Assembly (NCBI GenBank): GCA_963771175.1
Contig: CAVYSY010000032.1
Coordinates: 384,001-448,000, forward strand
Direction of reading: 5' to 3'
DNA: 64,000 nt
DNA from: an uncultured delta proteobacterium
GTDB lineage: Bacteria > Myxococcota > Myxococcia > Myxococcales > Myxococcaceae
Made by a program: the position numbers and the translations under genes. Each line of letters starts with the position of its first letter. Within the stretch, counting starts at the first letter, position 1. Positions 1 to 8,270 of this stretch are shown piece after piece. The notes under the pieces are model-generated. The model saw only the letters and a program-made list of their open reading frames with translations, did no database searches and was not told the DNA's origin.

Positions 1-34
1 GTGCTGTCTCCCGTGGTGCCGCACCTCGCGCCCT

Positions 35-1222
35 TCAGCGGATGAGGTTGCGTTGAGTCTCGTCGCGGTGCTTCTTGAGGTAGTGCGTGAAGGGCGTGCC
101 GCCCGTGCCCTGCTCACCCTGCGAGGAGCCCTGCTCGCGGGCTGGCTGGATGATATAGCGGGCCGTCATTTCCATGTGCTTCTGCCGGAAGATGCCCAGC
201 AGCTCGAGGCAGGTGTTGTAGGCCTCCACGAGCTCGGGTGAGCGGTGCGACAGGATGTACTCCCGGAGCGAGGGCCCTTGCTCCATGGCCTCGAGGAAGG
301 CCAGGTGCGCGGGAGGAATGTAGCGGCGCAGCTCCAGCAGGTACCGGTGCAGCGTGTCCTCCGAGGAGTGCCGCACTCCCAGCACCGCGTCGAGCAGCGG
401 CAGGATCATGCTCTGCGCCGCGCTCGCCCCCGCGAACGGCTGCGGCTGGCCCCCGAGCTCCTCCACTCCCTCGTACACCACCGGCATCTCGAGGAAGCCG
501 TGGAGGAAGGGCTGGATGCGGCTGAAGAAGATGGACGGCTCGCAGCGCTCCGTCATCCGCAGCATCACGCGCTCCGTCTCCCGCTGGGCCTCGGCGATGA
601 GCAGCAGTTGCGACAGGAGCAGCTCGGGCGTGTCCGCCACCACCGCTTCCCGCGCGGCCGCCGCGGCCGAGATGATGGGCTCGGCCTGGGCTTCGATGTT
701 CACGTGCACGAGGATGAACCAGGACTCGTCCAGTCCCCCCAGGAACGTCTGAAGCACCATCAGGTTCCCCAGCGCGATGGGGCCCTGGGGATCAATCCGC
801 CGCCAGTTGTTCAGCGCGTGCGAGCTGTACGCGAGCACCGGCGGACGCCCCAGCCGCTTCGCCACCTGCATCCAGGGCACCGCCACGCTGCGCGGGAAGC
901 TCAGCTGCGGCTGCTGCCGCCCCTTCTCCCATACCGCCGCATGCCCGAAGAAGGACAGCAGCATCATGGCCCGCTCCAGGTGCCGAGGCTCCTCCAGCAG
1001 TCGGGGTTCCAGCAGTGGCAGCCGCGCGATGTGCTCGCGAGCCCTCCCGGCGGCCAGCAGGCCCGGCAGCTCACTGCCCAGCTCGTCCCAGGGCGCGAAG
1101 GCCTCGGGTAGCCGGAGGCAGGGATCCTCCTCGGGCAGAAAGCCTCGCCTGGGAAAGGGCAGGCTCTGGAGGGAGAGCCCCTCCGCACCCGGTCCACACG
1201 CCATCTTCGTGCGTTGCTCCAC
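35..1222 (-). CDS. Indoleamine 2,3-dioxygenase (IDO/PrnB superfamily) heme enzyme
   Basis: IDO motifs LGRPPVLAYSS..L.NW, ESWFILVHV.IE, GASAAQS, proximal His in RQKHMEMTARYI and C-terminal GTGGT. Confidence 0.88.
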   Translation of the reverse strand: MEQRTKMACGPGAEGLSLQSLPFPRRGFLPEEDPCLRLPEAFAPWDELGSELPGLLAAGRAREHIARLPLLEPRLLEEPRHLERAMMLLSFFGHAAVWEKGRQQPQLSFPRSVAVPWMQVAKRLGRPPVLAYSSHALNNWRRIDPQGPIALGNLMVLQTFLGGLDESWFILVHVNIEAQAEPIISAAAAAREAVVADTPELLLSQLLLIAEAQRETERVMLRMTERCEPSIFFSRIQPFLHGFLEMPVVYEGVEELGGQPQPFAGASAAQSMILPLLDAVLGVRHSSEDTLHRYLLELRRYIPPAHLAFLEAMEQGPSLREYILSHRSPELVEAYNTCLELLGIFRQKHMEMTARYIIQPAREQGSSQGEQGTGGTPFTHYLKKHRDETQRNLIR

Positions 1223-1279
1223 TTCGCGACCCCTTGGGTGCGCACCTGGGGCAGGCTGCCCCCGGCGCTCGGCTTGATT

Positions 1280-2123
1280 CTATTCGGGGCTGGGCCGCTG
1301 GAACTCGCTCAGCATCTCCTGGAGCATGCTCACGCACTCTGGGGTCAGCTGGGCCTGGTTGCGCGCGATGAAACCCTTCAGCTCCACGCACCCCTCCTGC
1401 TGGAACCGGCTCAGGTAGGACTGAACGAACTCCTTGCGATCATTGAGGAAGGCGATGTCCGGCCGCACCATGTTGCGAATCACCAGCAGCGAAGGAGAAG
1501 CGCGCAGCGGATGCCAGCTCGGGTTGCGAAGGCCCGTCTTCACGTTGGTGGGGAAGAACTCGCCCAGCATGAGCGCATGCTTCACGAAGGAGGGCTTGAG
1601 CCGCTCGTGGAGATTGCTGATGAACTCCGGCTCCAGAGACTGGCGGCAGCCCGGTGAAGATCACCACGATGGTCTTGAACTGCCCCTGGCTGAATTCAGT
1701 CGGCGCCATCTCCAGGAAGTGATTGCGCAACAGGTGGAACGTCCGCTCCACCTCGTCCAGGCGCAGGTGCGCCTCATGTTGCAGCGTCAGGTGATACAGC
1801 CGGCGCTGGATGGACTTCTCCACCCAGGGGCACACCGAGCCCGTGCGCCCCAGATCCGGGTGAGGCCGGGTCAGGAAGTCGCGAGACCACTGCGCCACGA
1901 CCCTCAGGTACTCCATCTCCGTCGCGGAGCATCCCTCGAGCAGCGCGCCCTCCTCCAGGTTCAGCACATCCAGTGCCTGATACAGCGTCGGTAGCGCTTG
2001 CTCCGCGGGCTCCGCCGGGCTTTCCCGTAGAAGCCTGAGTTGCTCCGCGCCGTTTCGCACCGAATCGGAAACAGGCTGCCGAGTCGTGCTGTCGCTGGGA
2101 CATGGCAAAGGTAGAGGCTGCAT
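1280..2123 (-). CDS. DUF6875-like protein (frameshift near 1640, probably an assembly error)
   Basis: RPHPDLGRTGSVCPW in ORF 1440..2141 continues as LMLGEFFP...LRNPSWHPLRASP..LVIRNMV..DI.FL in ORF 1280..1585; GGGAGG RBS before the ATG at 2123. Confidence 0.7.
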
Positions 2124-2207
2124 CAACGGCACCTCCCGCACGAAGCGTGATCAAGGTGGGTTCAGAGGGAACAGCTCTTTCTCTGACTCCAAGAGTAGGG
2201 GAAGAAC

Positions 2208-2247
2208 ATTGTTACATAACAATACGAGAAAAAATAGGTTTGGTGAA
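2208..2247 (-). promoter_or_regulatory. Sigma70-like promoter with overlapping palindromic operator
   Basis: Minus strand TTCACC-17 bp-TATTGT; perfect inverted repeat ATTGTTA-CA-TAACAAT at 2208-2223 overlaps the -10; AT-rich patch in GC-rich DNA. Confidence 0.6.
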
Positions 2248-2330
2248 AAACTCCTCCGAAGGCGCAACTCCGCCCTTCTGAGACATTCTTGTCCCAGCGG
2301 CTCACGGCGGAGCAGAGCGGGGCCGCGCGC

Positions 2331-2984
2331 CTAACGCAGCTCGTCGAGCCAGGCGCGGAAGAGGGCCTTGCCCCCAGCGACGGCGGCGCGCACCTCGCGC
2401 TGCGGCCAGCTTTCGACGGTGGCGCCCAGCCCGCGACCGGCGCCGTAGGCGACCAGTTCGGGCATCTCCGGGTGGAACTGCACCGTCCAGCGATGTCTGG
2501 GATAGCGGAGCGCTTGGAGTCCCGCCGCGTCCTCCGCCCAGACGGTGGCCCCGGCGGGCACACCCACCACATGCTCGGAGTGCATGTGCATGACCCAACC
2601 CGTGAAGTCCGGGAGTCCCGGCAGCTGGAGCGGGTGTACCCCGACCTGGGGATGGGACATCTTCACCACGCGGGAGCCCAGCACACGGGCCAGGAGCTGA
2701 TGGCCACCGCAGATGCCCAGCAGCGGCACGTCCTGCCAGGTGCCCATCCACTCGCCCAGCCGCAGCCGCCACGGCTCGGTGTCGTTGGCCGAGCCCGCGC
2801 TGCCGCCCACCACCACGCCGGCGTAGCTCCTCGGGTCGGGCAGCGGCTCGCAGGTGGCATCCACCACGTGCACCTCATGACCCAGCTCCGCGAACAGCGG
2901 TGGGACCTGCAGCCGCTCGTCCGGCAGCGCGGAGCGGCGCGGGTGATCATGAGACATGATCTGCGACAGGTAGAGGACTCGCAC
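2331..2984 (-). CDS. Class I glutamine amidotransferase-like protein (possible gamma-glutamyl hydrolase)
   Basis: GICGGHQ nucleophile elbow and VQFHPE His-Glu; start codon uncertain (GTG 2984 or 3038). Confidence 0.85.
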   Translation of the reverse strand: MRVLYLSQIMSHDHPRRSALPDERLQVPPLFAELGHEVHVVDATCEPLPDPRSYAGVVVGGSAGSANDTEPWRLRLGEWMGTWQDVPLLGICGGHQLLARVLGSRVVKMSHPQVGVHPLQLPGLPDFTGWVMHMHSEHVVGVPAGATVWAEDAAGLQALRYPRHRWTVQFHPEMPELVAYGAGRGLGATVESWPQREVRAAVAGGKALFRAWLDELR

Positions 2985-3010
2985 GCCCGCTCGAGTGTAG
3001 CGGCGTCGTC

Positions 3011-4267
3011 CTAGCCGGACAAGACCGCCCCGGGCCACGGCGCCTCCGTGGGCGAGGCCAGATGGGGCATCACCTCCTCGGCGAAGTAGCGCATCTGCGA
3101 GACGACGTCCTCATGGTCCTTGGCGAACTCGAACCAGAGCATGAGGCGATCCTCCGGGTGGAAGCCCCGGGGATCTCCGGATGAGAGCTGCTCGCGCACC
3201 CTCGCCGCATCCCCCACCAGCACACGCGCCATGAGATCCTCCTTGCGGGGAATGTTCACCGTGCCACGCATGCCCTCGATGTAGACGTCCAGCCCGCGAG
3301 ACGCCATGGCCTCGGCCTTCTTGCAATCCTTGTCGATGAAGATGAGCGAGGTGCGAGGCATGCGGCTGCGGTGCCACAGGCGGCCCCCGGCGAGGCTGCG
3401 CTCTCGCATCTCGGCATGAACGGCGTCCAGCACGGCCGGTGGCGTGACAGAGAGGCTGAAGAGGTCCAGATCCGCGTGGCGCAGGCCGAGCTCCCGCGCG
3501 AGTGGATCCATCGAGCCCAGCACGAAGCGGCAGAACGCGGAGGCGTTGGCGGGCAGGGCCGGGACGAGCCGGAGAGGCTCGAAGACCCAGCGCGGCTGGT
3601 AGCGCAGGCGCTCCGGCGAGGAGCCTGCTCGCGGCGGCAGCTGCTTCACCTCGGCCTGGAAGCGGCTCCAGGCGGCCTCGGTGGGGAAGCACTCCCGGGT
3701 GAAGGCATGAGGCGTCACGTCCTCCGAGCCGAGCACCTCCCCATTGCTCAACCGCAGGAAGATCTCCAGGGCCTCCAGGAAGATGAAGCGTTTGTAGTGC
3801 TCCCAGAGCAGCTCCTCCTCGCGATCCCGGGGGACGATGCCAAAGGGCTTGTTGATGTAGGGGAAGCGCCCGCTGGCGACACCGATGTGCAGCTTGCGAG
3901 GCGTCTCCCGGAGACTGTTGAGGAAGGCGAGGGCGCGGATGCGGTCCGCGGCGGCAATGGGCCCCCCGTTGCCGCCGACGATGTTGTAGATGGCCGTCCC
4001 GAAGCCGATGCGCCGGGTGCGCTCGAACACCTGTTGGGCCAGCTGGGGGCTGTCGTTGTTCAGCCCCACCTCCCCCACGTAATAGGGGACGACCGGCTCC
4101 TTGTGACGCTTCTGGACCTCACTGGAGAAGTGGGATTCGGCCGTCCACCAGGTGCCGAACCCGAGCTCGTCGGCGACGACGGCCTGCGCGAAGAACTCCT
4201 GGAACGTCTGCCTCTCGGACTGCTCCCAGGAGAAGGTCCCCAGGGAATGGAACACGTCAAAGTACAT
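3011..4267 (-). CDS. LLM-class (luciferase-like) flavin-dependent oxidoreductase
   Basis: ADELGFGTWWTAESHF, RTRRIGFGTAI and FAEEVMPHL motifs; AGGAGG before the ATG at 4267. Confidence 0.85.
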   Translation of the reverse strand: MYFDVFHSLGTFSWEQSERQTFQEFFAQAVVADELGFGTWWTAESHFSSEVQKRHKEPVVPYYVGEVGLNNDSPQLAQQVFERTRRIGFGTAIYNIVGGNGGPIAAADRIRALAFLNSLRETPRKLHIGVASGRFPYINKPFGIVPRDREEELLWEHYKRFIFLEALEIFLRLSNGEVLGSEDVTPHAFTRECFPTEAAWSRFQAEVKQLPPRAGSSPERLRYQPRWVFEPLRLVPALPANASAFCRFVLGSMDPLARELGLRHADLDLFSLSVTPPAVLDAVHAEMRERSLAGGRLWHRSRMPRTSLIFIDKDCKKAEAMASRGLDVYIEGMRGTVNIPRKEDLMARVLVGDAARVREQLSSGDPRGFHPEDRLMLWFEFAKDHEDVVSQMRYFAEEVMPHLASPTEAPWPGAVLSG

Positions 4268-4305
4268 GCGAACCTCCTGCCCGCGCGGCCATCGACACCG
4301 GGAGC

Positions 4306-5010
4306 TCACTCGATCACGGTGACGGGCAGTGCTGTCTCCCGGACTCCCACCTCGGTTCGCTCCACGCGCCAGGCCTGGGCCTTCTCTCGCGAGGAAATGG
4401 TGTGGGAGAGCTGGGTGCCGATGAAGTGGAACCCCACGCCATCATCGGCGGCGAGCCCTCCCGGCAGGCCCTCGGCGATGAAGCGGTGGTAGGCCGGCCG
4501 GCGCGCCGGCTCGGAGTCATAGTGGGGGCACAGCGTGCCCGGCAGCAGCCCCAGCCCATTGTGGAAGGAGGAGAGCGACCCCAGTGAGTCCGTGAGTCCA
4601 CCCTCGAACCAGCACATGGCTCCGGCGCTCATCCCGCACAGCAGCACGCCCTGCTCCCAGGCCTCCTTGAGCACCGCGTCCAGCCCGTGCAGCCGCCAGA
4701 GCGCGAGCATGTTGAGCGTATTGCCCGGACCGACGAAGACGGCATCCTGCCGGAGGATGAGCTCGCGCAGCTCCTCCTTGCCCCGGCTGAAGAGCGACAG
4801 GTGCGTGGGCTGGCAGCGGCTGGCCGGGTAGGCCTGGTAGAAGCGGACGATGAAGTCGGCCGCATCCCCGCTCGCCGTGGGGATGAAGCACACGCGCCTC
4901 CGGGTGTTCTCCAGGAGCCCCAGCAGGTAGTTGTCCAGGCGCGGGTTGCCCGGCTCCATCAGGAAGCCGCCCCCGCTCAGGGCCACGATCTGTCGTGCCT
5001 CCATTGCCAT
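4306..5010 (-). CDS. pepE: Peptidase E / S51 family dipeptidase
   Basis: FIPTASGD, GPGNTLNMLALWR, GMSAGA catalytic Ser and CPHYD. Confidence 0.88.
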   Translation of the reverse strand: MAMEARQIVALSGGGFLMEPGNPRLDNYLLGLLENTRRRVCFIPTASGDAADFIVRFYQAYPASRCQPTHLSLFSRGKEELRELILRQDAVFVGPGNTLNMLALWRLHGLDAVLKEAWEQGVLLCGMSAGAMCWFEGGLTDSLGSLSSFHNGLGLLPGTLCPHYDSEPARRPAYHRFIAEGLPGGLAADDGVGFHFIGTQLSHTISSREKAQAWRVERTEVGVRETALPVTVIE

Positions 5011-5127
5011 GTCCTCTCCTTCCGGCCCCACTATAGCAGCGAGCCGCGGCGACTCCTGGGCCCTGGACAGCCCTGGCGGGGAAGGGCAACCTCCGCGCTC
5101 CTTCCACCCCCCACGAGGACATCAAGC

Positions 5128-5745
5128 ATGAAGGTCTACAACAATCCCTTCTCGGGTTCCGGATTCAAGATCACCGCCGTCATCCACGAGCTGGGTCTGA
5201 GCAACGTGGAGGTCATCACCGTTGACCTGGCCAAGGGCCAGCACCAGGAGCCCTGGTTCCGGGCCATCAACCCCAACGCCAAGGTCCCCGCGCTGGTGGA
5301 CGGGGATTTCGTCCTCTGGGAGTCCAACGCGATCATCACCTACCTGGGCGCGCTGGTGCCGGAGCGCGGGCTGATGCCGACCGACGCGCGCGGCATGGCC
5401 GAGGTGCAGAAGTGGCTGCACTGGCAGTCCTTCGCCTTCTACAACGACACCTTCAAGGTCATCTGGAACACCTACTACCAGAAGCTCTTTGGCCACCCGA
5501 AGGACGAGAAGGTGCTCGCCGAGGGCCGGGAGCTGGTGGAGCGTGATCTCAAGGTGCTCGAGGAGTCACTGAAGGACCGCGAGTACCTGACGGGCAAGCT
5601 CTCCGTCGCCGACTTCGCGATCGCCTCGAACCTGCTGGTGCGCGACATGGCGGGCATCGACCTCAAGCCCTTCCCCCACGTGAAGGCCTGGGTCGAGCGC
5701 ATGGAGGCCCGCCCGAGCATGCAGAAGGCCCGGCCGCCGGTGTAG
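5128..5745 (+). CDS. Glutathione S-transferase
   Basis: INPNAKVPALVDGDFVLWESNAI and YLTGKLSVADFA; start at MKVYNNP after GAGGA. Confidence 0.93.
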   Translation: MKVYNNPFSGSGFKITAVIHELGLSNVEVITVDLAKGQHQEPWFRAINPNAKVPALVDGDFVLWESNAIITYLGALVPERGLMPTDARGMAEVQKWLHWQSFAFYNDTFKVIWNTYYQKLFGHPKDEKVLAEGRELVERDLKVLEESLKDREYLTGKLSVADFAIASNLLVRDMAGIDLKPFPHVKAWVERMEARPSMQKARPPV

Positions 5746-5838
5746 GCGCCTCAGTCCAGGCTCCAAGCCCCCTGCTTCGGCAGGGGGCCATTCAGCACAC
5801 AGGGCTCATCCCTTGGAGCCGACTGTGCGGACACTCCA

Positions 5839-7176
5839 TCAAAGCGCGAAACGCGCGAGCAGCGCCTCGGGGCGGGGATCCTTCTCCCACGCCTCCAGCA
5901 CAGCCTGAGCGGGCGAGCGGCCAGATGCGGCCACCTCGGCGAGCGGATCCACCAGGGGGGCATCCTCCCGATCCAGTCGCTCCAGACCCCGGCGCGCGAT
6001 GGCCACCATCTCCCCGGCCAGCCGGTGGATTTCATGGTTGCCGAGCTTGCCGGCCAGCCCCTGCCGACGAGCGGTGTCGTGGAAGGCCTGGTGCTCCTCG
6101 AAGGACAGGCGGGGCAGGAGCCGCTCGGCCTCCTCCATGGCCCCCCGATCGTACAGCAGCCCGCGCCACAGCGCCGCGAGCGCGCCCGTCATCGGCGCCG
6201 ACACGCAATCCGCGCCGCGCACCTCGAGGACCTTCTTCAGTCGCACCTCGGGGAAGAGCGTGGAGAGATGATCCGTCCAGTCGCTCATGTCGGCGGGGCT
6301 GCCCTCGAAGCCCTGCTGGATGAACTGGCGGAAGGTCATCTTCGGGCGGAGGTACTCCTCGCCCCGGCGCAGGAAGAGGATGGGGGCGTCCAGGGCCCAA
6401 TCCACGTAGGCGCGGTAGGAGAAGGAGCCATCGAAGAAGGAGCGCAGGTAGCCGCAGCGCGTGGGGTCCACCTCATCCCAGACGCGGTTGCGGAAGGACA
6501 GGTAGCCCGAGGGCTTGCCATCGACGAGCGGGCTGTTGGCGTAGAGGGCGTTCATGAGCGGCGATAGCCGCGCCACCAGCACCGTCTTGCGCACACAGTC
6601 GGCCTCGTCCTCCCAGTCGAGGGAGACCTGACCGGTGGCGGTCATCAACATCATGTTGAGCGCCAGCCGGCCACGCTCGGGGAGGCTCTGGCGCATGGCC
6701 AGGTAGCGCGTCTTGGGCATCCACGGCATGTCCGCGGGCGTCACGAAGGGCCGGTAGCCCAGGGCCACCAGTCGCAGCCCGAGCGGCTCGGCGGCGGCCT
6801 TCACCTCGGCCAGGTGGGCCAGGTTCTCCGCGTGGGCCTCGCGCGCGGTGCGGAAGGGCGAGCCCGAGAGTTCCAACTGCCCGCCCGGCTCCAGGGAGAT
6901 GGTGAGCATGCCCTTCTGCAGGGCGATGACGGGCGACTGCGGCGTCTCCCGGAAGGGCGTGTAGCCGGCGGGGGCGATGCGCTCCAGCAGCGCGCCAATC
7001 CCCGAGGGCCCCTCGTAGGGCACGGGACGCGCGACCTGGACGGGGTACACGAACTTCTCGTGCTCGAGCCCGAGCCGGTGTTGGGACCGGGGCTTCTCGG
7101 CGGACCGGAAACCGGCCAACAGCATGTCGAGGGAGGTGATGGGCTCGGAGGCGTCGCGTTGGAGATCGAGGGACAT
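5839..7176 (-). CDS. gshA: Glutamate--cysteine ligase (GCS2/plant-type)
   Basis: GLEHEKF, SLEPGGQLELSG, WMPKTRY, MMLMTATGQVSLD and HLSTLFPEVRLKKVLEVRGAD. Confidence 0.93.
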   Translation of the reverse strand: MSLDLQRDASEPITSLDMLLAGFRSAEKPRSQHRLGLEHEKFVYPVQVARPVPYEGPSGIGALLERIAPAGYTPFRETPQSPVIALQKGMLTISLEPGGQLELSGSPFRTAREAHAENLAHLAEVKAAAEPLGLRLVALGYRPFVTPADMPWMPKTRYLAMRQSLPERGRLALNMMLMTATGQVSLDWEDEADCVRKTVLVARLSPLMNALYANSPLVDGKPSGYLSFRNRVWDEVDPTRCGYLRSFFDGSFSYRAYVDWALDAPILFLRRGEEYLRPKMTFRQFIQQGFEGSPADMSDWTDHLSTLFPEVRLKKVLEVRGADCVSAPMTGALAALWRGLLYDRGAMEEAERLLPRLSFEEHQAFHDTARRQGLAGKLGNHEIHRLAGEMVAIARRGLERLDREDAPLVDPLAEVAASGRSPAQAVLEAWEKDPRPEALLARFAL

Positions 7177-7236
7177 GTCGGGCCCCTTTATAACCGCCAT
7201 TGACCCCGTCGCCGTCATTTGCGCATCGTCCCGAGG

Positions 7237-8046
7237 ATGACCCACCCCTCGCCGGTGCCCACCTTCTCCGCCCGGTCCGGTCCGTCGGACTTCTTTCAAG
7301 GGCTCGCCCTGCTGGGCAGGGCCTGGGGCCTCATCTTCCGCTCGCCTCGGCTGCTGGGCATGTCCGCCCTCTGTGCGGTCGTCACCCTGGTGGCCCTGGG
7401 AGGCCTCTTCGCCCTCCTCTGGACGTACACGCCGCAGCTCCTGGGGTGGCTGTGGACCCTCCCCGAGGCCTGGTATGGCCGCATCCTCTGGTACATCGTC
7501 CTGGCGCTGATGTTCCTCGTGCTGCTGGTGGTGGGGGCCAACGTCACCCTGCCCCTGGTGCTGGCCCCGCTGCAGGATCCCCTGTCGGAGATCACCGAGG
7601 AGCTGTGCGGGGACTTCTCGCCGCCCCCCTTCCGGCTCGGCCCCTTCCTCCGGAGCCTGGTCACCAGCGTGGCGCACACCCTGGCGCGCGTCTTCTTCCT
7701 GCTGTTGGGACTGGCCGTGCTCTTCCCACTCAACCTGGTGCCGGTGGCGGGCAACGTACTCTGGACGGTGCTGGGGACCGTGTGGACGATGCTCTGGTTG
7801 GCTGGCGAGCATCTGGCCGCGCCCATGACACGCCACGGGTATCCCTTCGCCGAGGTCCGTCGGGTGCTGGGTCAGCGCTGGCTGCTCTGCCTGGGCTTCG
7901 GGGTGGGCGTCTACGTCCTGCTCTGGATTCCCATCCTCAACACCTTCTTCCTCCCGGTGGCCGTGGTTGGCGGCACGCTCCTCTACCGGGGGCTGCGTGC
8001 CGTGGGGAACGTTCCTCCCCCTCCCTCCCTGGCCCTCGGGAAATAA
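7237..8046 (+). CDS. EI24/CysZ-like membrane protein
   Basis: Several TM segments, LAPLQDPLSEITE, IPILNTFFLPVAVVGGTLL. Confidence 0.8.
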   Translation: MTHPSPVPTFSARSGPSDFFQGLALLGRAWGLIFRSPRLLGMSALCAVVTLVALGGLFALLWTYTPQLLGWLWTLPEAWYGRILWYIVLALMFLVLLVVGANVTLPLVLAPLQDPLSEITEELCGDFSPPPFRLGPFLRSLVTSVAHTLARVFFLLLGLAVLFPLNLVPVAGNVLWTVLGTVWTMLWLAGEHLAAPMTRHGYPFAEVRRVLGQRWLLCLGFGVGVYVLLWIPILNTFFLPVAVVGGTLLYRGLRAVGNVPPPPSLALGK

Positions 8047-8138
8047 TCCGCCCGGCCGGTTGTCTCGTTCCAGTGGACCTGAGGCGGGAACGCGGCGAGC
8101 CTTCGTGGCGTTCTCCAACGCTGCGAGAAGACAGCGGC

Positions 8139-8167
8139 TTGAAGCACCGGGAGTCCGTGATTAGGCT
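8139..8167 (+). promoter_or_regulatory. Putative sigma70-like promoter of the S41 protease gene
   Basis: TTGAAG-17 bp-TAGGCT about 100 bp upstream of the ATG at 8271. Confidence 0.45.
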
Positions 8168-8270
8168 TGCCCGGTCGCTCCCGGCGCCTGCTCTTCTCTT
8201 CATCTGCTCGGATTTATTGAGTTTTTCACGCATCACCCCCGGGGTCTTCCAACCCCATCCTGGATGAACC

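Noticed and set aside
35..1222. Pyrrolnitrin prnB
   Set aside because: Motifs are IDO-type (GASAAQS, GTGGT), and there is no halogenase or Rieske oxygenase in the window.
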